Shown: one piece after another, positions 20,369-29,029 of the stretch
Layout: every line of letters begins with the position of its first letter
How positions within the stretch are numbered: position 1 is the first letter of the stretch
Source: an uncultured Actinomycetota bacterium
GTDB taxonomy: Bacteria; Actinomycetota; Actinomycetes; Mycobacteriales; Pseudonocardiaceae
NCBI GenBank assembly: GCA_963840275.1
Contig: CAWIYK010000006.1
Location: forward strand, 193,075 to 257,074
Direction: 5' to 3'
DNA: 64,000 nucleotides
Notes under the pieces: model-generated
What the model was told of the DNA's origin: nothing
The model's database searches: none
Seen by the model: only the letters and a program-made list of their open reading frames with translations
Translations under genes and position numbers: made by a program

Positions 20369-20624
20369 GCCGCGGGCGTTCCGCACAGGGAGCGCACAAC
20401 GGCCTGCTAACAGTTGGTTTCTTCGTGTTGGGCGACGTGCGCCCTGTGGTTGTCTTGGCGCGCGCGAACATGCGCCGCACCTGGGGGAACGATGGAAGAC
20501 AACGACATACCGGCGCCGCCGTCCGAGCCACCGCCCCCGATGCCGGCCGGGTCCACCCTCGCCGCGGTCCTGCTCAACCTCACCGGACTCGGCCTCGGCT
20601 ACGGCTATCTCCGGCAGCCGGCTG

Positions 20625-21911
20625 TTGCTCGCGGTCGCGCTCGTCGTGGTGGCCGCGCTCGGGACCGTCGCGTTCCTCACCGACGCCGCGGCGCGGCCGT
20701 GGCTGTGGCGTGGCCTCTCCGGCGGCTGGGTGCTGGGGCTGGGGCTGCATGCCTGGCTCATCGCCAGGCCGCGGCCGGCGCCGGCCACCGCGTGGCGGCC
20801 GGTGGCGATCGGCGCCGCGGCGGTCGCGGTGGTGGTCGCCGGGTACGTCGGGTACGGGATCGCGGGGCGGGGTGTCCACGCCGACGGGCTGGCCGCGCAG
20901 GCGCGTGCCGACTGCCCGACCGCCGTCGAACGGTTCGACACCGTCACCGGGCCCTTCGAGTTGACGCTGAGCACTACGGTCACCGACGCGGGCGCCAAGC
21001 GGACCGAGTGCGCCGAGTTCCTCCAGGGCGTCGATGCGCAGCGGCGCCGCTCGCCGGAGGTGGCGGTGCACCAGTACCGCCAGTTCCGTGCCGACCACCC
21101 GACCAGCGTGCTGGCTCCCTTCGCGCGCACCAACCTCGCCGAGTCCTATGTGGATGTCGCCACCGGGTGGCAGGCGCCGCTCAACGCGGTCGCGGCCCGC
21201 GAGAGCGTCGACATGCTCCTGATGGTGAGCCGCGAGTTCGGCGACACCCCGTCCGCGAAGCGGGCGCCGAAGGGCATCACCGACGCGTTCGCCGCCGCGA
21301 CCGCGCCCTACACCGACGGGGCGTTCTGCGACGCGCTGCCGGCGCTGGACTACTTCGCCGGCCTCGACCGGGCCGGCATCGGCGACACCGTGGACACCGC
21401 CAACACCTACCGGGCGCAGGCGTTGTACGAGTGCGGCCTCGGCCAGGCCCGCGCCGGCGACGTCACCGCCGCGACCACATTGGACACTTTCGTCAAGGCC
21501 TACCCGCAGCACCCCGGCATGGCGCAGGCGAAGTCCGCGCTGATCTCCGCGCGGGTGGCCAAGGCGGCGGGCGTCCCGCTGGCCGTCCCGCCCCCGTTGG
21601 GCGACAACAATCCCGGCTCGATCCCGGTGACCTTCTACAACGACGGCAACACACCGCTGATCATCCTGGTCGCCGGCCCCACCGCGCACGAGCTCTCGCT
21701 GCCGGCGTGCGCGACGTGTCCCGCGGACTACCCGCTCGGCGGAGCCGGCTGCGCCGACCTCACCGGCCGCCCGTCGGTCACGCTCCGGCTGGCCGCGGCG
21801 CCGTACCACTACACGACCATCCGCAACGACCGCGTCGAGAGCCTGGTCAGCTCGGTGACCCCGATGCCGGGCTTCGTCCACTCCCAGTGCGTCTTCGTCG
21901 AACAGCCCTAG
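20625..21911 (+). CDS. Membrane-anchored hypothetical protein (helical-repeat ectodomain plus Cys-containing C-terminal domain); 5' end probably disrupted
   Basis: The first in-frame start (TTG 20625) falls inside a TM helix (LAVALVVVAALGTVAFL). A high-GC3 ORF from ATG 20492 in another frame encodes a plausible missing N-terminus (MEDNDIPAPPSEPPPPMPAGSTLAAVLLNLTGLGLGYGYLRQ). Confidence 0.6.
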   Translation: MLAVALVVVAALGTVAFLTDAAARPWLWRGLSGGWVLGLGLHAWLIARPRPAPATAWRPVAIGAAAVAVVVAGYVGYGIAGRGVHADGLAAQARADCPTAVERFDTVTGPFELTLSTTVTDAGAKRTECAEFLQGVDAQRRRSPEVAVHQYRQFRADHPTSVLAPFARTNLAESYVDVATGWQAPLNAVAARESVDMLLMVSREFGDTPSAKRAPKGITDAFAAATAPYTDGAFCDALPALDYFAGLDRAGIGDTVDTANTYRAQALYECGLGQARAGDVTAATTLDTFVKAYPQHPGMAQAKSALISARVAKAAGVPLAVPPPLGDNNPGSIPVTFYNDGNTPLIILVAGPTAHELSLPACATCPADYPLGGAGCADLTGRPSVTLRLAAAPYHYTTIRNDRVESLVSSVTPMPGFVHSQCVFVEQP

Positions 21912-22303
21912 CCGTTCTGTCCGGTGGCGAGGCACTCCAGCACGCGCTCGCGGAAGAGGTCGTACTGCGCACGACACCGCCTCGGCGGCCCGGGCGGCCG
22001 GGACACGACCTGCCCGCGGACGACGGTCTCCTCCGGCCGGAACTGTCCTCGGGTCAGGTCGACCTCCACCCCGGTCCCGAACCGGTTCCAGTAGTGCATC
22101 CCGGTCCGCGCGCCGTCGACCTCGACCTCGCCGAGCACCAGGTCGCCACCGAACAGGTCGTGCAGCACCAGGGCGGTGACCCCACACTGGCCGCGGGCGG
22201 CGTTGCCGGGATGCCAGTCGGCGAGATCGACCGGATCGCACGTGTCGGCGCCCCAGCTCGTCCGCACCGCACGCTCGACGTCCGCGAGTGTCCACACAGC
22301 CAT
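21908..22303 (-). CDS. Hypothetical small protein (YunG-like)
   Basis: 131-aa ORF reading MAVWTLADVERAVRTSWGADTCDP...GQCGVTALVLHDLFGG...HYWN. It has typical composition. The family assignment comes from memory only. Confidence 0.55.
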   Translation of the reverse strand: MAVWTLADVERAVRTSWGADTCDPVDLADWHPGNAARGQCGVTALVLHDLFGGDLVLGEVEVDGARTGMHYWNRFGTGVEVDLTRGQFRPEETVVRGQVVSRPPGPPRRCRAQYDLFRERVLECLATGQNG

Positions 22304-22320
22304 GACGGCATCATGGCACC

Positions 22321-23046
22321 ATGACGACGGCGGAGCGGGCGCTTCATCGCCGCGCGGAGCTGGCCTGCCGCGCCGCGGCGGCGGCCGGGGTGCCGGGCCG
22401 TTTCCGGGTCTGGGAGCGGGCGGGGCTGATGGCCGTACTGGCGTCGGCGCCCGCGTTGGGCTTCCTGTCGACGGTCTCCGGGGTGACGCGGGAGACCGTG
22501 CCCGCTGTGCTCGACCTCCTCGAATCGCCCGTCTGGCAGGGAGTCCGGCCGACGGTGATCGTCACGGCGGGCACCGACACGTCGGGACTGGCGGCGGCGG
22601 GGCTGGTCCGCGCGGACGACCGCGGGCTGGCGATCCGACGGCTCGGCGACCCCCACGCGCCGGTCGACGTCCGCGAGGCGGGTGCCGACTTCGCGACGCT
22701 TCTCCTGGCCGGCTTCGAGGTCGACGGCCCGATCGCCGCCTTCATCGAGGCGGAGGCCAGACTTCCCGAGATGCGCCGGTTCGTCGCGGTGGCCGAGGGA
22801 ACGCCGATCGCCGCGGCGGCCATGACGATCCACGACGGTGTCGCCGTGCTCGGCGGCGCGTCGACACTGCGCGCGCACCGCGGCGCGGGCGCCCAGTCGC
22901 GGTTGCTGCGGCACCGCCTCATGGTCGCCACCGAGGCGGGGTGCGGCCTGGCGATCGCGACCGCCAAGCCCGACTCGGTGAGCGCGCGAAACCTGCGGCG
23001 TAACGGTTTCGCCGTCCACCGCCGCGAGGCGTGGGCGCGGCCCTGA
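22321..23046 (+). CDS. GNAT-family N-acetyltransferase
   Basis: The C-terminal half VAVAEGTPIAAAAMTIHDGVAVLGGASTLRAHRGAGAQSRLLRHRL...NLRRNGF matches the acetyl-CoA-binding motif A pattern (R/Q-x-x-G-x-G/A). Confidence 0.75.
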   Translation: MTTAERALHRRAELACRAAAAAGVPGRFRVWERAGLMAVLASAPALGFLSTVSGVTRETVPAVLDLLESPVWQGVRPTVIVTAGTDTSGLAAAGLVRADDRGLAIRRLGDPHAPVDVREAGADFATLLLAGFEVDGPIAAFIEAEARLPEMRRFVAVAEGTPIAAAAMTIHDGVAVLGGASTLRAHRGAGAQSRLLRHRLMVATEAGCGLAIATAKPDSVSARNLRRNGFAVHRREAWARP

Positions 23047-23065
23047 GCTCGGGCATACTGGCGCG

Positions 23066-24136
23066 GTGGCACGACTTCTGCTGCTCGTCGCGGGTTTGCT
23101 GCTGGTCGTGACGGCGTGCGGTGCCCCCGCGGTGCGGCCGAGCGAGCCGCCCCGGGTGTCCGCTCCGACGACCGTCCTCGCCGACGGCACCGTCCCGTGG
23201 GTCGACGAGCCGGCGGGGAAGGACGAGTTCAGCCTGCCGCCACGGGTTCGGCGGGTCGACCCGGCCGCGGCCCCCTGTGTCGCGGCCGAGCTGCGCGGCG
23301 AGCTGTCGTCGTGGCCGGCGGCCGGGGACAGCGGTGAGCCGGAGGCCGCGAAGGACCTGCCGACCATGCTCATCGGTTTCGCGCGGGTCACCAACATCGG
23401 CGAGCGCACGTGCCGGCTACGCGGTGAGGTGGACACGCGGCTGCGCGGCCGGGACGGCTCGCTGAACATCGGCTATTCGCACGACGTCAACGAGGAAGGT
23501 GCGCGGCGCGTCACGATCGTGCCGCCCGGGGAGTCGGCGGATCTGCGACTGGCGTGGACCGCGCCGTTCTGCGTGCCGGCCGGTGGGTTGGACGTGGAGA
23601 TCGCCCTGCCGGAGGACGGCGGCACACTGCGCGCGCCGATGACCGACCCGACGGTGCCGCCGTGCGGTGCCACCGACGGGTTCCGCCCCGGCACCACGTC
23701 GTTCCTGTCCGCCAGCGCGTTCGACGAGGTGGCCGAGCCCACGGTGATGGACTCACCCCTCGCGAAGCTGACCGCCACCATCGAGCCGGTGGCCACCGCC
23801 GGGCCGGACGAGCTGGTCACCTTCCACGTGATGCTGACCAATCCGACCGCGGCTGTCGTTCCCCTCGACCCGTGCCCCGGCTACTACCAGGAACGCTTCT
23901 CCCAGGGCTCGGCCGAAGTACCGGCCATCAACGACGGTGGCCCGTACCGACTGAACTGCCGCGCCGTGAAGTCCGTCCCAGCCAACGGTTCCGTCCGGTT
24001 CGCCATGGGAGTGCGGGTGCCCTCGGAGCTGACGGGCGGGCGGCAGCTGACGGTGACCTGGTGGCTGATCGCCCCGACACTCGCCGGCGAACCACACCTA
24101 CGCGGCAGCTTCACCCTCACCACCACCGAGAGATGA
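23066..24136 (+). CDS. Lipoprotein with two Cys-framed beta-sandwich (DUF4232-like) domains
   Basis: It has a signal peptide with lipobox MARLLLLVAGLLLVVTAC. A repeated pattern of C...TN.G...C.L.G follows. Confidence 0.7.
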   Translation: MARLLLLVAGLLLVVTACGAPAVRPSEPPRVSAPTTVLADGTVPWVDEPAGKDEFSLPPRVRRVDPAAAPCVAAELRGELSSWPAAGDSGEPEAAKDLPTMLIGFARVTNIGERTCRLRGEVDTRLRGRDGSLNIGYSHDVNEEGARRVTIVPPGESADLRLAWTAPFCVPAGGLDVEIALPEDGGTLRAPMTDPTVPPCGATDGFRPGTTSFLSASAFDEVAEPTVMDSPLAKLTATIEPVATAGPDELVTFHVMLTNPTAAVVPLDPCPGYYQERFSQGSAEVPAINDGGPYRLNCRAVKSVPANGSVRFAMGVRVPSELTGGRQLTVTWWLIAPTLAGEPHLRGSFTLTTTER

Positions 24137-24215
24137 CGTGGATGTTCGTCGGCAGGCACTCTCCGGTGGCGGCACGTTCATCGCGCGGTGGTTGGGTCGG
24201 CGTGGCGTGTACAGC

Positions 24216-24866
24216 TCAGTCGAGGTCTGGGCGGCTGGCTACGCAGGCCTCGTTGCCTTCGGCGTCGGCGAGCACCCACCACTCCGGCGCGTCTCGGTCG
24301 TCCACCAGTCGCCCGCCCGCGGCGATGGCCGCCGACACTCGAGCCTCGGCCTGGTCGTGCGGTACCCAGACGTCGATGTGGAGTCGGTTGCGTTGCGGGC
24401 GTGGCGCGTCCAGCTGGTTGAAGTAGAAGACCGGCCAGCGCAGGTGCGGGTCGTACAGCTCCTCGTCCGGAGTGTCCGCCCTGGGCCGGTAGCCGAGGAC
24501 GGCACGCCAGAACGGGAGCACGTCGGCGATGGCGAGCGCGTCGACCGAGACCACGAGGTTCTGTACGGCGGACGGGTCCGCGGACACGCCGAGCTCGTGC
24601 GCCACCGACGAGATCCGCCGCGCCAGCTCACCGTGCCGCGCGCTCAGCCCGCCCGACAGGAACGTGAAGACGCGCACGGTCACGCCGTCGCGCCGGACGT
24701 CTATCGCGGGGTGGAAGTCGTCGATTCCGTCCAGCGCGCCGATCGCCTGCGCGAGCTGTGCGCCGGCCGCGAGCGATCCGGTGCGGAGGTGCGTGCACGC
24801 CGTCTGGCCGACGAGCCGCCAGTCCGCGCCCGCGGTGGCGTGGAACTCCCTCGGGGTGACGGTCAC
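24216..24866 (-). CDS. Pterin-4a-carbinolamine-dehydratase-like domain fused to a VOC/glyoxalase-like domain
   Basis: From GTG (cac at 24864-24866). The N-terminal half has ...DDFHPAIDVRRDGVTVRVFTFLSGGLSARHGELARRIS (PCD-like). The C-terminal half has LPFWRAVLGY...RLHIDVWVP...WWVLADAEGNEACV (VOC). It overlaps the upstream GNAT stop by 4 nt (GTGA). Confidence 0.6.
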   Translation of the reverse strand: MTVTPREFHATAGADWRLVGQTACTHLRTGSLAAGAQLAQAIGALDGIDDFHPAIDVRRDGVTVRVFTFLSGGLSARHGELARRISSVAHELGVSADPSAVQNLVVSVDALAIADVLPFWRAVLGYRPRADTPDEELYDPHLRWPVFYFNQLDAPRPQRNRLHIDVWVPHDQAEARVSAAIAAGGRLVDDRDAPEWWVLADAEGNEACVASRPDLD

Positions 24867-25477
24867 GGTGCGAAGTCGATCCGCATGACCACGCGCCGAA
24901 GGGTCGGGTGGCTGACCTCCTCGAACCCCGCCTCCTCGAAGACCTGGCGGGCGCCGACGTTCAGCTCGCCCCACGTGATCTCCTTGCCCGGTTGCGTGAT
25001 CATCGGGTAGGCCTCCAGCGCCCGCGCGCCGCGCGCTCTCGCGTAGTCGATCGTGGCTCTGGCCAGCGGGTAGGTGAGGCCGCGTCCCCGGTAGCCCTTG
25101 CGGACCACGAAACACGTCACCGCCCAGACACCCTCGTCGTCCTTGTCCTCGTCCCGGCCGGTCCACGGGATGCGGGTGCCGCGCAGCTTCGGGTACGCGG
25201 TGCGCGGCTCGACCGCGACCCAGCCCGCCGGCGCACCGTCCACATAGGCCACCAGCCCACTCGTGCCCGTGGCGTCGGGATCGTCGCAGCCGGTCTGCTC
25301 CCGCAGCATCGCGGACCGCTCCTCCTCCGTCGAGTCACGCCAGATCCAGCCGCGGACCTTGAGCCGCTGACAGCGGCAGCGGCCCGCGTAGTCGGCGGTG
25401 CCGAAGACCGCGACGAGGTCGTCCCAGGACGCCTCGTTGGCGGGAACGATGGTGGGCGGCACGGTGCCCTCGGTCAT
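24863..25477 (-). CDS. GNAT-family N-acetyltransferase
   Basis: 204 aa with WAVTCFVVRKGYRGRGLTYPLARATIDYARARGARALEAYP, the GNAT motif A. Confidence 0.8.
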   Translation of the reverse strand: MTEGTVPPTIVPANEASWDDLVAVFGTADYAGRCRCQRLKVRGWIWRDSTEEERSAMLREQTGCDDPDATGTSGLVAYVDGAPAGWVAVEPRTAYPKLRGTRIPWTGRDEDKDDEGVWAVTCFVVRKGYRGRGLTYPLARATIDYARARGARALEAYPMITQPGKEITWGELNVGARQVFEEAGFEEVSHPTLRRVVMRIDFAP

Positions 25478-25530
25478 GCCGGCACGGTAGCGTCCAATCC
25501 GGACGTTCGGCTACCGGAACGGATGGCGTC

Positions 25531-26496
25531 ATGCGACCCGACACCAGCCCCACCGCGCGGGCGCTCCTGGCCCTCGAACTGGTCCAGGGCAGCCCCGGCA
25601 TCACCGCGGACCGGCTCGCCGACAAGCTCGGCGTCACCGAGCGGGCCGCGCGACGCTACGTCGGCATCCTCCGCGAGGCCGGCATTCCGATCGAGGCCGC
25701 CCGCGGCCCGCACGGCGGCTACCGCCTCGGTCGCGGCCTGCGGCTGCCACCGCTGATGTTCAGCGCGGCGGAGGCGCTCGGCCTGGTCATGGCCGTCCTC
25801 GACGGCCACCACGACGCCGGCGATCCCACCGATCCGGTCGGCAGCGCGCTCGGCAAGCTCGTCCGCGCCCTCCCGGAGCCGGTGGCCGCGCAGGCGGCGG
25901 CGGTCCGCCGCACCACGGCGCCCGCCCCCGACCGCGCCGCCGCCCGGCCCGACCCCGCGACCACCGCCGCACTCGTGGACGCGTGCGCCGGCCGCAGGCG
26001 GGTGCGACTCGACTACCGCTCCGAGGCCGGCTCCGAGTGGACCTTCGACGCCGACCCGTGGGCGGTCGTGGTGCGCCACGGGCGGTGGTACCTGCTGTGC
26101 CGGTCCGTGCCCAAGGACGCCGTGCGCGCGTACCGGATCGACCGCGTCCGGACCGTCGCGGTCCTCGACGACACCTTCGTGCCACCCAACGACCTCGACC
26201 CGGTCGCCATGCTCGAGGAGCACCTCGCGACCGGCTGGGAGTACGACGTCGAGGTCGTCATCGACGCGCCCGTCGACACCGTGGCGCGCTGTGTCCCCCG
26301 CGCGATCGGACGACTCGAGCCGGTCGACGCGGCGACCACGCGTCTGGTCGGCAGCACCAGCAACCCGTTCTGGTACGCGGAACAGCTCGCGCTGATCCCG
26401 GCGCCGTACCGGATCGTGCGCTGCCCCGCGGTCCGGGACGCCGCACGCGCCCTCGGGCAGCGAATGCTCGCGGCGGTCGGCGACCCGCGCCCGTGA
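25531..26496 (+). CDS. HTH plus WYL-domain transcriptional regulator (YafY-like)
   Basis: The N-terminal HTH reads ARALLALELVQGSPGITADRLADKLGVTERAARRYVGILREAGIPIEA. The WYL region reads VRLDYRSEAGSEWTFDADPWAVVVRHGRWYLLC. Confidence 0.85.
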   Translation: MRPDTSPTARALLALELVQGSPGITADRLADKLGVTERAARRYVGILREAGIPIEAARGPHGGYRLGRGLRLPPLMFSAAEALGLVMAVLDGHHDAGDPTDPVGSALGKLVRALPEPVAAQAAAVRRTTAPAPDRAAARPDPATTAALVDACAGRRRVRLDYRSEAGSEWTFDADPWAVVVRHGRWYLLCRSVPKDAVRAYRIDRVRTVAVLDDTFVPPNDLDPVAMLEEHLATGWEYDVEVVIDAPVDTVARCVPRAIGRLEPVDAATTRLVGSTSNPFWYAEQLALIPAPYRIVRCPAVRDAARALGQRMLAAVGDPRP

Positions 26497-26548
26497 CGAC
26501 GAACAGCCGGCGGACCATGTCCACCGGCTGTCTCTTGTCGGTCGATCG

Positions 26549-27709
26549 TCACTGGAGCTGGCGGGCCTTGAGGTAGCGGCGCCACTTCTGTGTCGGCGTC
26601 TCGACGAGACGCCACGAGAGCTGGCCGAACGCGTAGGCCAACGGCGCCGAGATGGCGAGCAGCACCCAGCCGTTCGTGACGCCGAGCGCGATGATGATCT
26701 GTTGCAGCGGCGCGCCCCAGAGGTAGAGGCCGTAGCTGCCGTAGACCCACCGCGCGGCGCCTTCGAGCCGTTTGGGCCAGTGCGTGCCGAGCACGATCGC
26801 GCCGTATCCGATGGCGAGCGCCATGAGCCACTTGTCCAGCGATACCAGGCGGAACAGCGCGCCGTCGATGCCCGAGGTCGCACCGGGAAGCCCGGCGGCC
26901 TCCGACATGAACCCGAGGTGGATCAACAGCCACGCGGCGACGAGCGCCACCGCGTACCGCGGTCGGAACGCGATCTTGTGCCGGTAGGCATGCAGGACCA
27001 TGCCCACGGCGAACGCGATCAGGAACTTGACCAGGAAGACCATCGGCGTGACGCCGATCTGGCCGCCGGAGTCGAACGGGCCGAGGGTGTCGTCGAACAC
27101 GGCCTGGGTCACCATCAGACCGCCGAGCAGCACCGGCAGGATCAGCTTGGGCAGACCGATCGCGATGGCCAGGCCGGCGACCAGGATGATGCCGTAGCCG
27201 AGCAGCTCCATGGGCAGCGTCCACAGCGACGGGTTCAGCGACTCGAAGTGCGGGTTGTCCGAGAAGGTGCCGGGCAGCGGTCCCTGAAGCCAGAACGGGA
27301 TGACGTTGACCAGGTAACCCCACGTCAACCCGGCACCAAGGTAGGCGCTGAGCGACAGCGTGCTGAAGATCGGGCCGATCACGAGCACGGAGACCGCCAC
27401 CACCACGGCGAGTGGCGGCAGGATCCGCAGCAGCCGCCGGGCACTGAACCGCCACCAGGACGGGTCGCGTTGCCAACTGTCGTGGATCTGGTACCCGCTC
27501 ATCGCGAAGACCGCCAGCAGCGCGAACTCCCCGACCCCGACGCCGAGGAACAGCGGTGGGTGCATCGGGTTCAGCAGCCAGAACGAGTGGCTGAAGATGA
27601 CGATCAGGCTGCAGGTCACGCGCAACCAGGCGAAACCGACGTGCGGACGCGCGTACGACTCCTTGAGGAATACTCGCTTATTAGGCTGAGTTTCTTGTTT
27701 GATTACCAT
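26549..27709 (-). CDS. Membrane acyltransferase family 3 (OatA/NolL-like)
   Basis: 386 aa and about 10 TM helices. The N-terminus has the conserved His context FAWLRVTCSLIVIFSHSFW. The 5' end of the gene is markedly lower in GC. Confidence 0.8.
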   Translation of the reverse strand: MVIKQETQPNKRVFLKESYARPHVGFAWLRVTCSLIVIFSHSFWLLNPMHPPLFLGVGVGEFALLAVFAMSGYQIHDSWQRDPSWWRFSARRLLRILPPLAVVVAVSVLVIGPIFSTLSLSAYLGAGLTWGYLVNVIPFWLQGPLPGTFSDNPHFESLNPSLWTLPMELLGYGIILVAGLAIAIGLPKLILPVLLGGLMVTQAVFDDTLGPFDSGGQIGVTPMVFLVKFLIAFAVGMVLHAYRHKIAFRPRYAVALVAAWLLIHLGFMSEAAGLPGATSGIDGALFRLVSLDKWLMALAIGYGAIVLGTHWPKRLEGAARWVYGSYGLYLWGAPLQQIIIALGVTNGWVLLAISAPLAYAFGQLSWRLVETPTQKWRRYLKARQLQ

Positions 27710-28352
27710 TAAGTTCTAACCTTCCCTCCAGAGGCTCACACGAATTATCAGGTGAACCCCGGCCCACTCTTCGGGGAATGCGTCCTCGCCGGACTGGGAA
27801 CCCGACGGGCGCGGATTGCGCCATTCGAGTGAACGGCACAAATGAGAATCTTCCAGTGGTTCGCTATCGTTTTCGGGTGCCAACCACCGAATCGACACGA
27901 CCCGCTCGAATCGCTCGAATCGCACATCGCCGCCAAACCGTACGTGAATCGAACACCGTGTACTCGAACTTCACATCGTCGAACACAGCGTGACAGCAAA
28001 GCCTGTGACCAGTACTAATGCCGGCAGTAGACCCCGAAGACTCGACCTATGAGCCGGACTCATCTGGTGGCCGCCGCCAAACGTGGAACATCGTTTGTAG
28101 CGCACAGACCCCTCACCACAGGAGTTCGGCCCCCACGATGGCGGCCGCCCGGCATCGCGACGCATTCGAGGCCACATTCGACCGGAACGACGGCTACTGT
28201 GACCGGGATTACTCCGGCACCGTATCCAGCCGATTCCCATGCGGCACAGGGCGTGACATACCGATAGTTTCGGATGCGCCTGTCGGACGAAGAACCGAGT
28301 GCCAGCGGAAACTAGGGTGACAGTCCGTAACGGGCGGTATATAACTGGAGCC
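27710..28352. other. Low-GC non-coding island with short GAATCG-type repeats
   Basis: A hand count of 27941-28000 gives 29/60 G+C, against 44/60 in typical coding DNA. It contains GCTCGAATCGCTCGAATCGC (27904-27923) and further (C/T)GAA(T/C) repeats. Only short, compositionally implausible ORFs are present. Confidence 0.7.
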
Positions 28353-29024
28353 GTGGCGCTGACTCCGTGCTCCGACCTGTCCCCCGCCGACTGGATCGTG
28401 TCGAGCGAACTGCCGTGGGAGCGGCTGGTGTGCTTCGGCCCGTCCGGCTTCGCGGCCTACGCGCGGCTGCGGTTCCTGCCCGACCCCGCCTTCGAAGGAC
28501 AGAGCGAGAACGACGCGGAAGGCGACCCCGCCCAGAGCGACAACGAGCGGCTGCGGCTGCTCTTCGAGGTGCTGGCCGCGCACACCCGAACCCCGCGGGA
28601 CTGCTATTTCTGTCTGTGGGACGGCTACGGCGACCTCTACGGCGGTGATGCCATCGGCGTCGTGGTCGCCAGCGACGACGGACACCCGCGGCCGGTGCCG
28701 AGGGTGGCGCCGGCCTTCCCACCCGAGGTGCTCGACGGGCCAAGGGTCGTGGTGCCCGCACGCGACTACGTCATGTTCCGCGGGCCGCTGCACGAGGCAG
28801 GCGACTGGGGCGCGGCGGAACTGTGGCCGGGGCAGCCTCGGCTGAGCATGCCGGTGCCCGCGTTCGCCTGGCCGGCCGACCACGCGTGGTGTGTCGCCAG
28901 CGATGTCGACCCGCACTGGGCCGGGATCGGCGCGGACCGGCTCGTCATCGACCAGCTCGTCGCCGACCCGCGCCTCGACGTGGTGCCCGCCGACCCGGAC
29001 CGGCAGCAGCCGGCCTACCGGTGA
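28353..29024 (+). CDS. Hypothetical protein
   Basis: GTG 28353 is preceded by CTGGAG. The product (VALTPCSDLSPADWIVSSELPWERLVCFGPSGFAAYARLRF...) has normal composition, but I recognise no motif. Confidence 0.55.
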   Translation: MALTPCSDLSPADWIVSSELPWERLVCFGPSGFAAYARLRFLPDPAFEGQSENDAEGDPAQSDNERLRLLFEVLAAHTRTPRDCYFCLWDGYGDLYGGDAIGVVVASDDGHPRPVPRVAPAFPPEVLDGPRVVVPARDYVMFRGPLHEAGDWGAAELWPGQPRLSMPVPAFAWPADHAWCVASDVDPHWAGIGADRLVIDQLVADPRLDVVPADPDRQQPAYR

Positions 29025-29029
29025 GCCCG

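Noticed and set aside
27710-28352. A tRNA, small RNA gene or small CDS in the low-GC island (ORFs 27716..27925, 27778..27993, 27971..28240, 28018..28320).
   Set aside because: I could fold no cloverleaf or acceptor-stem/T-loop (GTTCGAATC-type) arrangement. The ORF products are Arg/Ser/Cys-rich with no RBS or motif support.
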